Positions 19,839 through 28,053 of a stretch of DNA of 64,000 nt are shown one piece after another. Numbering within the stretch: the first letter of the stretch is position 1; each line of letters begins with the position of its first letter. Location: the NCBI GenBank assembly GCA_040902225.1, contig JBBDXT010000002.1, forward strand, positions 30,036-94,035. The letters are read 5' to 3'. Under the pieces are notes generated by a model, which saw only the letters and a program-made list of their open reading frames with translations, was not told the DNA's origin and did not search any database. Source of the stretch: Chloroflexota bacterium (GTDB lineage Bacteria > Chloroflexota > Limnocylindria > QHBO01). Both the position numbers and the translations under genes were made by a program.

Positions 19839-20743
19839 GCTGCAGCCTCCAGGTCAGTCCCTCGATAATCGAGCATAGGGTCGGCAGGATCGGGGTTCAA
19901 CGCGCGGTCGGGCGCGTGGTCGGTGGGAATCACCACGCTGCGCGCGCGATCGAACGGTTCCTCGTCGAGCTGGACCAGCGTCATCCTTAGCCGCGCGTCC
20001 TCCGGCATGCGCGGATTCCCGCAGGCGTTGGAGTCGACCGCCAGCAGACGGCCTCCCTGCATGACGCGAATGCCGTACGGTCCCGGGCTGTGTCCAAAGA
20101 CGACGCGCTCGATCCCCGTGGCGCGGAAGCGTTCGAAGGCTCCCGAGCCCCACGGCGTCTCGTAGAACTCGGCGCGCACCCACAGGTGCGCATCGGTCGT
20201 CAGTCCCAGCTCGTCCAGCGCGGCGCCGGGCGGCAGCCCGCCATGCACGAACACCACGTCGTGCCAGCGCACCGCCTGCGGCAGGGTGGCGAGCCATGCG
20301 AAGAGGCCGGGTGCCAGCGCCTCGACGCCCGCCAGCGCGGCGTCGTCCTGGAGCGGGTCCGGCGGGGCGCAGCCGAACGACTGCAGGGTGGCGTGTCCGC
20401 CGTAGGCGAGCCAGACCGGCAGCCACTGGTGGCGCCCGCGGGAGAGGTGCAGCACCATCTCCTCGTGGTTGCCACGGATGAAGATCGCGCGACCGGCGGC
20501 GGCCGCGGCCTCGGGCTCGAGGCGCCGCAGCAGGGCGAGGACGCGCTGGCTGTCGGCGCCGCGGTCGAGGTAGTCGCCGCAGCCGAGCAGAGCGGTGCGC
20601 GGCGGCGCCACCCAACGCAGCGAACGGTCAAGCAGCCCAGCCTCGATGAGCGCAGCCTCCAGCCCGGTCGCGACGCCGTGCGGATCCGAGAAGGTCCAGA
20701 CCGTCCAGTCGTCCGGCACGTGGGAGATCCGCTCGCCGGTCAT
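19832..20743 (-). CDS. metallophosphoesterase (ApaH/PPP-type)
   Basis: Only the C-terminal 303 aa of ORF 19832..21310 look real (start MTGERISHV at 20743). Motifs FSDPHG, GDYLDRG, GNHE, VHGG. 7-nt overlap with the E1 start. Confidence 0.8.
   Translation of the reverse strand: MTGERISHVPDDWTVWTFSDPHGVATGLEAALIEAGLLDRSLRWVAPPRTALLGCGDYLDRGADSQRVLALLRRLEPEAAAAAGRAIFIRGNHEEMVLHLSRGRHQWLPVWLAYGGHATLQSFGCAPPDPLQDDAALAGVEALAPGLFAWLATLPQAVRWHDVVFVHGGLPPGAALDELGLTTDAHLWVRAEFYETPWGSGAFERFRATGIERVVFGHSPGPYGIRVMQGGRLLAVDSNACGNPRMPEDARLRMTLVQLDEEPFDRARSVVIPTDHAPDRALNPDPADPMLDYRGTDLEAAAW
19862..19900 (-). promoter_or_regulatory. candidate internal promoter plus operator for the E1/E2 operon, embedded in the 3' end of the phosphoesterase gene
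   Basis: The minus strand reads TTGAAC (19900-19895), a 17-nt spacer, TATGCT (19877-19872), with TCGATTATCGA (19872-19862) sharing the last T of the -10. The site lies 23 nt upstream of the E1 ATG and is followed by SD GGAGG. Confidence 0.55.
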
Positions 20744-20887
20744 CGATGAGGGGAGGCGGGGCCAGTCGCGACCGATGGACAGGCGCTGCGTGCGGTCGCC
20801 GTGGACGGCCGGCGGTGGGTGCCGCGATACAATTCGCCGGCGACCCGCCGGCGTTTGCCCGCAAGGGTCGAATTCGGAGGTCGGCCG

Positions 20888-21595
20888 ATGGCAGAGCAGG
20901 GCGCCCTGTCGCGCAGCGTGCTCGCGGACGAAGTGAAGGATCGGCTCCTGCAGGACATCCTCTCCGGCCGATACCCGCCCCACGCGCGCATCGTGGAGAC
21001 GACGGTCGCCAAGGAGCTCGGCATCAGCCAGGCGCCGGTCCGCGAGGCGCTCCGCGGGCTGGAGGCGACGGGGATCGTCGAGATCCTGCCGTTCCGCGGT
21101 GCCCGCGTCCGCAGGCCCACGACGGCCGAGCTGCTCGAGGCGATCAACGTCCGCGCCGAGCTCGAGACGCTTGGTGCCCGGCTCGCCGTGCCGCGCATGA
21201 GCGAATCGGACCTTGCCGAGCTGCTGGCTCACGGCGAGGAGCTGCGACGGGCCGCCGCGTCCGGCGATGCGCACGCCCTTGCGCTGGCGGACGCCGGGTT
21301 CCATGGCCACATCATCGCCCTGAGTGGCAATGCCACCTTGCGCCGTGTCTGGCAGTCACTCGAGCCGTTCTCGCGCACGTACATCACGGCCGCCATTCCG
21401 GGCGTGGACGTGCATTGGACGGCCGCTCTCCACTGGCCGATCCTGGACGCGCTGCGCCTGCGCGACCCGGAGCTGGTGGCGGATGCCCTGCGTCAGCACT
21501 TCGACAAGGCGGGGTCGAAGATCAATGCCGGCTGGCCGAGCGCGCTGCCGGAGTCGACCGACGGGAATGCGGAGGCCGGTCCCGCACGCGCCTGA
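20888..21595 (+). CDS. GntR family transcriptional regulator (FCD/FadR-type C-terminus), paralogue 1
   Basis: Start set at MAEQGALSRS (ATG 20888, SD cggagg). wHTH ELGISQAPVREALRGLEATGIVE. Helical C-terminal effector domain. Confidence 0.85.
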   Translation: MAEQGALSRSVLADEVKDRLLQDILSGRYPPHARIVETTVAKELGISQAPVREALRGLEATGIVEILPFRGARVRRPTTAELLEAINVRAELETLGARLAVPRMSESDLAELLAHGEELRRAAASGDAHALALADAGFHGHIIALSGNATLRRVWQSLEPFSRTYITAAIPGVDVHWTAALHWPILDALRLRDPELVADALRQHFDKAGSKINAGWPSALPESTDGNAEAGPARA

Positions 21596-21614
21596 CGCCG
21601 GTCATTCATGCGCG

Positions 21615-22562
21615 TCAGCTGTCGGCCCATTGCATGGCGCGAACCTGGTCCGCCACCTTCGCGGCCGACAGGCCGTAGAGGTCCAGCAGGACGTCGTTGG
21701 GCGCCGACACGGTGTACGTGTCCTGGAGACCGATCCGCCGCAGTGGCGTCGGACGTTGCTCGGCCAGCACTTCGGCCACCGCGCCCCCCAGGCCGCCGAT
21801 GACGGTGTGCTCCTCGACGGACACCAGCCGCCCGGTGCGATCGGCGGCCGCCACGATCGCAGCAGCGTCGAGCGGCTTGAGGGTGGGGAGGTGGAGCACT
21901 GCCGCGTCGATGCCGTCCGCGGCGAGGAGATCGGCGGCATCTACCAGGCGCGGGGTCTGGGCTCCCGTGCCGATGAGCGTCAGGTCGCCTCCACGACGCA
22001 CCTCGACGGCCGCTCCCACTCGGAAGGCGTAGGCGTCATCGAACAGGCGCTGGGTAGCGTCGCGAACGATCCGCACGTAGACCGGGCCGTCATAGCCCGC
22101 CGCCCAGCGGATGACCTGCGCCGCCTCCACGTCATCGGCCGGGGAGACGGTGACCATGCCCGGCATGGCTCGCATGATCGAGATGTCGTCCACGATTTGG
22201 TGCGTCTTGCCGGCCATGCCCGTGAACAGGCCGGCATAGCCGGCCGTCAGCTTCACGTTGAGCCCCGTCTGCGCGATCAGCACCCGGACCTGGTCGAGCG
22301 GCCGCACCACGGCGAACGAGACGAACGTGCTGATGAACGGGATGAGGCCCATGGTCGCCAGGCCCGCGGCCACGCCGATCATGTTCTGCTCGGCGATTCC
22401 CATCTGCAGAAAGCGGTCGCGATGGGCGTGCTCGAAGATGTCGGCCTTGGTGGAGCTTCCCAGGTCGCCGTCGAGCATGACGATGCGCGGGTCGTCGTCG
22501 GCGAGCTGCGCAACCGTCTCGCCGAACACCTCACGCATGGCGCGGCCCATCGGCAGGCTCAT
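21615..22562 (-). CDS. transketolase family protein, C-terminal (pyrimidine-binding) subunit
   Basis: FLQMGIAEQNMIGVAAGLATMG, MRAMPGMVTVSPAD. ATGA overlap with the upstream N-terminal subunit gene. Confidence 0.9.
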   Translation of the reverse strand: MSLPMGRAMREVFGETVAQLADDDPRIVMLDGDLGSSTKADIFEHAHRDRFLQMGIAEQNMIGVAAGLATMGLIPFISTFVSFAVVRPLDQVRVLIAQTGLNVKLTAGYAGLFTGMAGKTHQIVDDISIMRAMPGMVTVSPADDVEAAQVIRWAAGYDGPVYVRIVRDATQRLFDDAYAFRVGAAVEVRRGGDLTLIGTGAQTPRLVDAADLLAADGIDAAVLHLPTLKPLDAAAIVAAADRTGRLVSVEEHTVIGGLGGAVAEVLAEQRPTPLRRIGLQDTYTVSAPNDVLLDLYGLSAAKVADQVRAMQWADS

Positions 22563-23437
22563 GCCCCTGCCTCGCCCAGCTCGCCCATCGCCGCCGCGAA
22601 CTCCTCGGGCTTGATTGGCTTGCTATGCCAGCGGTAGTCGCCCTCCATGAACGACACGCCGCGTCCCTTGACGGTGTGGGCAACCACCACCGTCGGCCGG
22701 GTCGTTCGATCCACGGCCGCTTCCAGGCTGGCCACCACGGCGGCCATGTCGTGCCCATCCGTCTCGAGCACGCGCCAGCCGAAGGCCCGCCACTTGGCAA
22801 CCAGCTCTCCCGGCTCCTCGGGCGGCAGCCGGACATCGGACGTCTCGCCGGGCCAGCCGTACTGCTGCAGCTTGTTGTGGTCCACGATGGCGATCAGGTT
22901 GTCCACTCCGTAGCGCGCCGCCACGAACGCGGCCTCCCAGACCTGGCCCTCCTGGCATTCCCCGTCTCCGAGGAGCACAAAGGTACGCACGTCGCGCTGC
23001 GCGAAGCGTGCGCCCAGGGCCATGCCCAACCCCGCGGAGAGGCCCATGCCCAGCGAACCGGTGGACATGTCGATGCCGGGCAGCAGCCGCATGTCGGGGT
23101 GACCCTGCAGCCGCGATCCGAGCGAGTCGAAGGTGCGCAGCTCGTCCACCGGGAGGTAGCCGCGCAGGGCCATGGCCGCGTACTGGACCAGCGAGGAGTG
23201 GCCCTTGGACAGGATGAACCGATCGCGATCGGGCCAGTCCGGCTCGTCTGGTCGAATGCGCAGCACCCGGAAATAGAGGGCGGCCAGGATGTCGGCGGCC
23301 GACAGCGGTCCTCCAATGTGGCCCACCTGCGCGTGGTTGACGGTGCGGATGATCTCGACGCGGATCCGCCGCGCCATCTCGCTCAGCTGCGCGATCACCG
23401 GGCTGTCCGTGGTTCCGACGCCCCGGGCGGTCGTCAC
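22559..23437 (-). CDS. transketolase family protein, N-terminal (TPP-binding) subunit
   Basis: GHIGGPLSAADILAALYF, ILSKGH, LLGDGECQEGQVWEAA. ATGA overlap with the upstream cupin gene. Confidence 0.9.
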   Translation of the reverse strand: MTTARGVGTTDSPVIAQLSEMARRIRVEIIRTVNHAQVGHIGGPLSAADILAALYFRVLRIRPDEPDWPDRDRFILSKGHSSLVQYAAMALRGYLPVDELRTFDSLGSRLQGHPDMRLLPGIDMSTGSLGMGLSAGLGMALGARFAQRDVRTFVLLGDGECQEGQVWEAAFVAARYGVDNLIAIVDHNKLQQYGWPGETSDVRLPPEEPGELVAKWRAFGWRVLETDGHDMAAVVASLEAAVDRTTRPTVVVAHTVKGRGVSFMEGDYRWHSKPIKPEEFAAAMGELGEAGA

Positions 23438-23802
23438 CCACCCCCTCCGCGCTCGTACGAGCCGGGCACCACCGGCGGCGAGAAGAGGCAGACGAGCTCC
23501 AGGGGCTCGGGTCCGTCCGACTCGGTGGCGTGGAAGGTGCCGACCGGGATGAAGACCGATACGCCCGGCTCGAGCTCCGCGGTCGCCTCTGGCGTCACCA
23601 ACCGGCCCCGACCGGCGATAACGTAGATCGTCTCCTCTTCGGCAGCGTGAACGTGTCCCTCCGGCTTCGAGCCGGGAGGGAAGATCGCCACGCCCACCGA
23701 CACGTTGCGCGCGGGGCTGTTATGCGGCGCGATGTACGTGTACCAGTCCCGTCCGGGGAGCGGGAGGTGCTGAGCCTCTCCGCGGGTGACGCGCTTGATC
23801 AC
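23434..23802 (-). CDS. cupin domain protein
   Basis: 122 aa. Cupin motif 1 PEGHVHAAEEETIYVIAGRG and motif 2 GVSVFIPVGTFH. GTG start 23802. Confidence 0.8.
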   Translation of the reverse strand: MIKRVTRGEAQHLPLPGRDWYTYIAPHNSPARNVSVGVAIFPPGSKPEGHVHAAEEETIYVIAGRGRLVTPEATAELEPGVSVFIPVGTFHATESDGPEPLELVCLFSPPVVPGSYERGGGG

Positions 23803-23900
23803 GCGGGCACCATGAGGATCCGCGGCCCTGGTGCGGTGGTGGTCGTGCGCGTTTCGGTGGTCACGTAACGGTTCTCCTCGGCGTGCTTCCCCTGCCGACG

Positions 23901-24995
23901 TCAGGATGCGCGCGGATCAGGGTCCGGCAGGACGAGGTCACGGACCGCGCCCATGAGGTCGTGGTACGACTTGATGAATGCGCGCAGGGTCCGTGCCGAC
24001 GCGCCGAAGGCCTCGAACTCGTCGGGCGTCATGCCGTCCGGCTCGTAGGCCCGCCGGAAGTCGGGGACCCGCGCGGCCAGCTCGTCGACGATCGCCGGGT
24101 CGACGGGGACCTGCATGCGCGGCTCGGGGCGGATCCCGCTGCGATTGAAGCGAACCTGCCAGGCGTGGGGCATGGTCATGGCAACATCGCCGCCCACCAG
24201 CTCCGTCCAGTGCAGTCGGTGGCGGTAGGCGGCGGCCAGCAGGCGGGGGCGATAGCCGCGCTCCTGGAAGAGCGCATACGCTCGCTTGAAGACGGCGATG
24301 CCGGCCCAGTTCGGAGCCCCTGGATCGAGTGCGATGTCGTCGCGCTCGACGAGGACCTTCACCCAGTCGTCCAGGCGGCCGATCATGAGCGTGCAGATCG
24401 GGGTCAGAGAGCTCGTGTCGTGGCCGGCCCGCTCGCGCCGCTCCAGTCCGCGCCCGACCGCCTCGGCGACCGCGATCGCCTGCGGGAGCGTGAAGTTGAC
24501 GGTGGCGTTGATGTTGATGCCGTGGAAGGTCGCCTCCTCGATGCCGACCATCCCCGCCGCGGTGGCGGGAAACTTCACCAGGAGGTTCGGCGCCAGCCCG
24601 TCGAAGCGGAGCGCCTGCTCCAGCATCCGCTCCGGATCGCGATAGTTGGCCGGGTTGAGCTGCACGGAAAGCCGCCCCTTGCGGCCCCCCTCGCGCTCGA
24701 AAACGGGCTGCAGCACAGCGGCCCCGCGGGCAACCATCTCCTCGACCAGGGCCCACGTCAGGTCCACTTCGCTCCACGTCGAATGGGTCGCGGCGAGCTC
24801 GTGGACGCGGGGTACCCAGTGCGACGCCTCCTTCCTGAGGACCTCGTGTACGATGGTCGGGTTCGATGTCGCACCGGTCGCTCCGCGCTCCACGGCGTAG
24901 GCAAGCTCGTCAACGGCGCACGAGTCGTTCCAGTAGTCAGTCGGCGTGTCCTGGACCATGCGGAGAAGAGGGCTTTCGGTGGCCGCCAGCGTCAT
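23901..24995 (-). CDS. transaldolase family protein (long type)
   Basis: TDYWNDSC, GATGATSNPTIV, active-site-Lys context LLVKFPAT. SD GGAGGGA 5 nt before ATG 24995. Confidence 0.85.
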   Translation of the reverse strand: MTLAATESPLLRMVQDTPTDYWNDSCAVDELAYAVERGATGATSNPTIVHEVLRKEASHWVPRVHELAATHSTWSEVDLTWALVEEMVARGAAVLQPVFEREGGRKGRLSVQLNPANYRDPERMLEQALRFDGLAPNLLVKFPATAAGMVGIEEATFHGININATVNFTLPQAIAVAEAVGRGLERRERAGHDTSSLTPICTLMIGRLDDWVKVLVERDDIALDPGAPNWAGIAVFKRAYALFQERGYRPRLLAAAYRHRLHWTELVGGDVAMTMPHAWQVRFNRSGIRPEPRMQVPVDPAIVDELAARVPDFRRAYEPDGMTPDEFEAFGASARTLRAFIKSYHDLMGAVRDLVLPDPDPRAS

Positions 24996-25058
24996 AGACG
25001 TCCCTCCGGATCTGTTTCACCTGCGAGCGAATGCCATGTTCCGGTGCGCCGCTAATCA

Positions 25059-25069
25059 TCGATTATCGA
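25059..25069. promoter_or_regulatory. operator-like palindrome TCGATTATCGA upstream of the transaldolase operon
   Basis: Exact 11-mer, 64 nt upstream of the transaldolase ATG (24995), in an AT-enriched patch (gctaATCATCGATTATCGATgc). Confidence 0.55.
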
Positions 25070-25104
25070 TGCCCAACTGGCAACAGGGCCATCCGGCCCG
25101 CTTC

Positions 25105-25187
25105 CCGGTGACGAAGAGCACAGGCGACGCCGCTTGACGCGCTTACGCTGGTTCCATATCGTCATTCCATCGACAATCGATTATCGA
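25105..25187 (+). promoter_or_regulatory. promoter cassette A: conserved 17-mer, -35, -10 and TCGA-array operator
   Basis: CCGGTGACGAAGAGCAC (25105-25121), TTGACG (25134-25139), 17-nt spacer, TATCGT (25157-25162), TCGACAATCGATTATCGA (25170-25187). The same order and near-identical boxes recur at 38522-38602. Confidence 0.6.
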
Positions 25188-25559
25188 GGAGCACCCGGCG
25201 GCGCGGTGCGCACCGGCGGCAATCCGCTATGAGAGGTGGAGCATTGCCGATCGCGAGATAGCCGGGCCGCCCAGTTCCAATGGGCGCGCCCACGACGCGC
25301 TGCACGCAAAGGACCAGGGCGAGGCGCCCCCCGGCAGTGGCGAAGGAGATACAGGTAAACGATCGACCGGCACGCATCCGGCCGTCCGCCCCATGCCGGC
25401 GCTCACGAATCAGCCGCGCGCCACGCCATACGCCTTCGGCCGAGCCAGGACGGGCTCACCGCCACGGGCCGGCTCAACGTCGCAACGTCACGCAACCCTG
25501 ACCTCGGCGGGTCCCGGCCGGTCGGAGCCGAGAGCAGACCACACCTGGAGGTGACCTCG

Positions 25560-27341
25560 GTGGCGATCAAGGAAGAAGTCCTCGGCCAGTTCCTCGGGAA
25601 CGAAGAGTTCCCGGTGACCTGGGAATCCGAGACGGAGAGCGAGCTCTTCTGGGTCTACGACGACCTTCACTGCCCCCATCCATTGAGCCCGATGTACTTC
25701 GACATCGGCGGGTGGTGGCTCACCTGTGACCACATGTTCCGCCGCTTCGGGACGCCGTTCGCCTGCGACTGGCTGGCCAAGAACGTCAACGGCTACCTGT
25801 ACACCGCTGCCATTCCGGCCGATCCCGAGTACGCCATCGACGCCATGGAATACCAGGCGCGCTACGTCGCACGAACGCCCCACATGGCCGGCTACCCGGA
25901 GAAGATCGGTGTCTACCTGAACAAGGTGCTGCCCGTCTACGGGCTTCAATTCGCCGATTGGTGGCGCGATCGGCTGGTGCCGGAGATGGACCGCAACTTC
26001 GCCTATCTCGAGAGCCGGCTGGACGAGGCCGACAACATGTCGCTCGCCGAGCTGGCCTGCCTGCTCGAGGACGCGATCGACATCCACGATCGGCACTGGA
26101 AGATCCACTGGATGCTGAACTTCGCCCAGCTGTCGGCCACGCTCAACCTGCGGGCGGTGATGGAGAGGACGCACGGCAAGATCGACGAGGCGCTGCTCGG
26201 CCGGCTGCAGAACTCGGCCAAGGACCGCAACTGGGACTCGATCGAGGCGCTGTGGAGGATGAAGGAGGAGGCCAGGGCGGATTCGGAGCTGGCAGCTGCC
26301 TTCCGGCACGAGACGGCCGGTGACATCCGGACGGCCCTCGAGGCCTCGAACCATGGCCGCCGCTTCATCGCCGAACGCGTCGAGCGCTACCAGAAGGAGT
26401 TCGGCTGGCATGCGGTGTGGAGCCACGAGTTCATCTTCCCGACTGTCCGGGAGCAGATGGAGCCCGTCCTGGAGCTGATCCGCGGCTACATGGAGACCGA
26501 CTACGACTACCCAAAGACGATCAAGGCGGTCGCGGACGACATCGATGCCGCGGCGAAGGAGATCCTGCAGGGCCTCGAGGGCGAGGCGCTCGAGGAGATG
26601 CGCGCCGCCAACGACATCAACCTGCGGATGGCGCCGCTCACGCCGGATCACCACTTCTACATCGACCAGGGAGCCAATGCGCACGTGCGCCTGGTCCTGG
26701 TCGCCATCGGCAAGAAGCTGGTCGCCGACGGCGTCCTCGACCAGCCAGACGACGTGATCATGCTTCGCTACAACGAGCTGCGCGTGCTCCTGGGCGACGC
26801 ATCGGTGCTGGACGGTCGCCCCATCGTGGCGCAGCGTCGCGCGGAGCGGGAGGCGTCGTACCTGAAGCGGCCGAAGGACTGGATCGGCACCGTCACGCAG
26901 TCCCAGCTCGACTTCCCGTACCTGAACCTGTGGGGCTTCCCGGACAAGTTCTACCGCAAGGAGTCGACCGTGGCAGGGGAGGTCACCGGCATCGGCGGCT
27001 CGCCGGGCGTGGTCGAGGGGATCGCGCGCGTGGTGCTCACCGAGGACCAGTTCGACGAGGTCCGCGCCGGCGACATCCTGGTCTGCCAGATGACGAACCC
27101 GGCGTGGGTCGTCCTGTTCACGAAGATCGTGGGTCTGGTGACCGATGCCGGTGGCACGGTTTCGCATCCGGCGGTCCTGTCGCGTGAGTTCGGCATCCCG
27201 GCCGTGATCGGCTCGTCGGTTGCGACACAGCAGATCAAGTCGGGCGACCGGATCCGGGTCGACGGAACGCGGGGCGTGGTCGAGATCCTCGAGACGACGG
27301 GCCCCAAGGCTCCCGCGCCAGAAGCCGAGTTCGTGGCCTGA
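25560..27341 (+). CDS. PpsA-like PEP-utilising (swivelling phosphohistidine) domain protein lacking an ATP-grasp domain
   Basis: ORF 25551..27341. I prefer GTG 25560 because SD GGAG ends at 25550. The C-terminal mobile domain GGTVSHPAVLSREFGIPAV has its His codon at 27165-27167. N-terminal ~450 aa start like phenylphosphate synthase alpha subunits as I recall them (ELFWVYDDLHCPHPLSP). Confidence 0.8.
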   Translation: MAIKEEVLGQFLGNEEFPVTWESETESELFWVYDDLHCPHPLSPMYFDIGGWWLTCDHMFRRFGTPFACDWLAKNVNGYLYTAAIPADPEYAIDAMEYQARYVARTPHMAGYPEKIGVYLNKVLPVYGLQFADWWRDRLVPEMDRNFAYLESRLDEADNMSLAELACLLEDAIDIHDRHWKIHWMLNFAQLSATLNLRAVMERTHGKIDEALLGRLQNSAKDRNWDSIEALWRMKEEARADSELAAAFRHETAGDIRTALEASNHGRRFIAERVERYQKEFGWHAVWSHEFIFPTVREQMEPVLELIRGYMETDYDYPKTIKAVADDIDAAAKEILQGLEGEALEEMRAANDINLRMAPLTPDHHFYIDQGANAHVRLVLVAIGKKLVADGVLDQPDDVIMLRYNELRVLLGDASVLDGRPIVAQRRAEREASYLKRPKDWIGTVTQSQLDFPYLNLWGFPDKFYRKESTVAGEVTGIGGSPGVVEGIARVVLTEDQFDEVRAGDILVCQMTNPAWVVLFTKIVGLVTDAGGTVSHPAVLSREFGIPAVIGSSVATQQIKSGDRIRVDGTRGVVEILETTGPKAPAPEAEFVA

Positions 27342-27354
27342 CCGGCACGCCTCG

Positions 27355-28053
27355 ATGTCCCGAGAGGCCTCGGTCTCGCGCTTGGTGCTGAGCGAACAGG
27401 TCAAGGATCGCCTCCTCCAGGCGATCCTTGACGGACGCTTCCCGCCCGGCGCCCGGATCGTCGAGACGCGCGTCGCGCGCGAGCTCGGCATCAGCCAGGC
27501 GCCGGTGCGGGAGGCTCTGCGCGACCTTCAGGCGCTCGGGCTGGTCGAGGCGTCGGCCTTCCGGGGCGCCCGTGTTCGACGGCCCAGCGCTGAGGAGCTG
27601 CTGGAGGCGTTCGTGGTCCGATCGCAGCTCGAGTCGCTCGCCGCACGACTGGCAGTCACGACCATCACCGACCGCGACGTCGACCAGCTGACCGGGTACC
27701 TCGGCGAGATGCGCCGTGCCGCCCGTGCAGATGATGCTCGCGCCGAGGCGATGGCCGACGCGATGTTCCACGGCCGCCTCATAGAGCTGTCCGGCAACGC
27801 CACGCTGCAGCGCGTGTGGCGCCAGCTTGAGCCGGTGTCGCACACCTACATCACGCTGGTCATTCCGGGAGCCGATCGACATCTGATCGCGGATGTCCAC
27901 CAACCGGTCCTGGACGCGCTCCGCCATCGCGACGCCGCGGGCGCCACGGACGCGCTCGACCGGCACTACCTGTTCCTGGGTGCCATGCTGACCGAGCTGT
28001 GGACGGCCGCTCCCACGACGCACGACCCACTCCTGACCGAAAGGACACGATGA
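27355..28053 (+). CDS. GntR family transcriptional regulator (FCD-type), paralogue 2
   Basis: Start set at ATG 27355 (MSREASVSRLVL). ELGISQAPVREALRDLQALGLVE. Clearly paralogous to 20888..21595 over the full length. Confidence 0.85.
   Translation: MSREASVSRLVLSEQVKDRLLQAILDGRFPPGARIVETRVARELGISQAPVREALRDLQALGLVEASAFRGARVRRPSAEELLEAFVVRSQLESLAARLAVTTITDRDVDQLTGYLGEMRRAARADDARAEAMADAMFHGRLIELSGNATLQRVWRQLEPVSHTYITLVIPGADRHLIADVHQPVLDALRHRDAAGATDALDRHYLFLGAMLTELWTAAPTTHDPLLTERTR

Noticed and set aside
19832-21310. 492-aa ORF suggesting a much larger phosphoesterase.
   Set aside because: The N-terminal 189 aa are the antisense of the GntR gene plus intergenic DNA (Arg/Pro-rich, no motifs). The phosphoesterase motifs begin right after Met at 20743.
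21615-24995. Transaldolase/cupin/transketolase as a sulfoquinovose (sulfo-TAL or sulfo-TK) degradation cluster.
   Set aside because: No sulfoquinovosidase, sulfonate exporter or sulfolactaldehyde/sulfoacetaldehyde enzymes are recognisable in the window. The idea is unsupported beyond superficial gene-family overlap.
24996-25058. Attempt to call -35/-10 hexamers for the transaldolase operon around the 25059 palindrome.
   Set aside because: Only poor hexamers (TTGCCA with TGATTA/ATGATT at 18-19 nt) are available. I report the operator-like site but no promoter.
25280-25501. Small ORFs in the long leader (25280..25501 +, 25162..25377 -) as possible leader peptides or small proteins.
   Set aside because: The translations are Arg/Pro/Ala-rich with no SD at proper spacing and no coding-like periodicity that I can see. 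I treat the region as untranslated leader.
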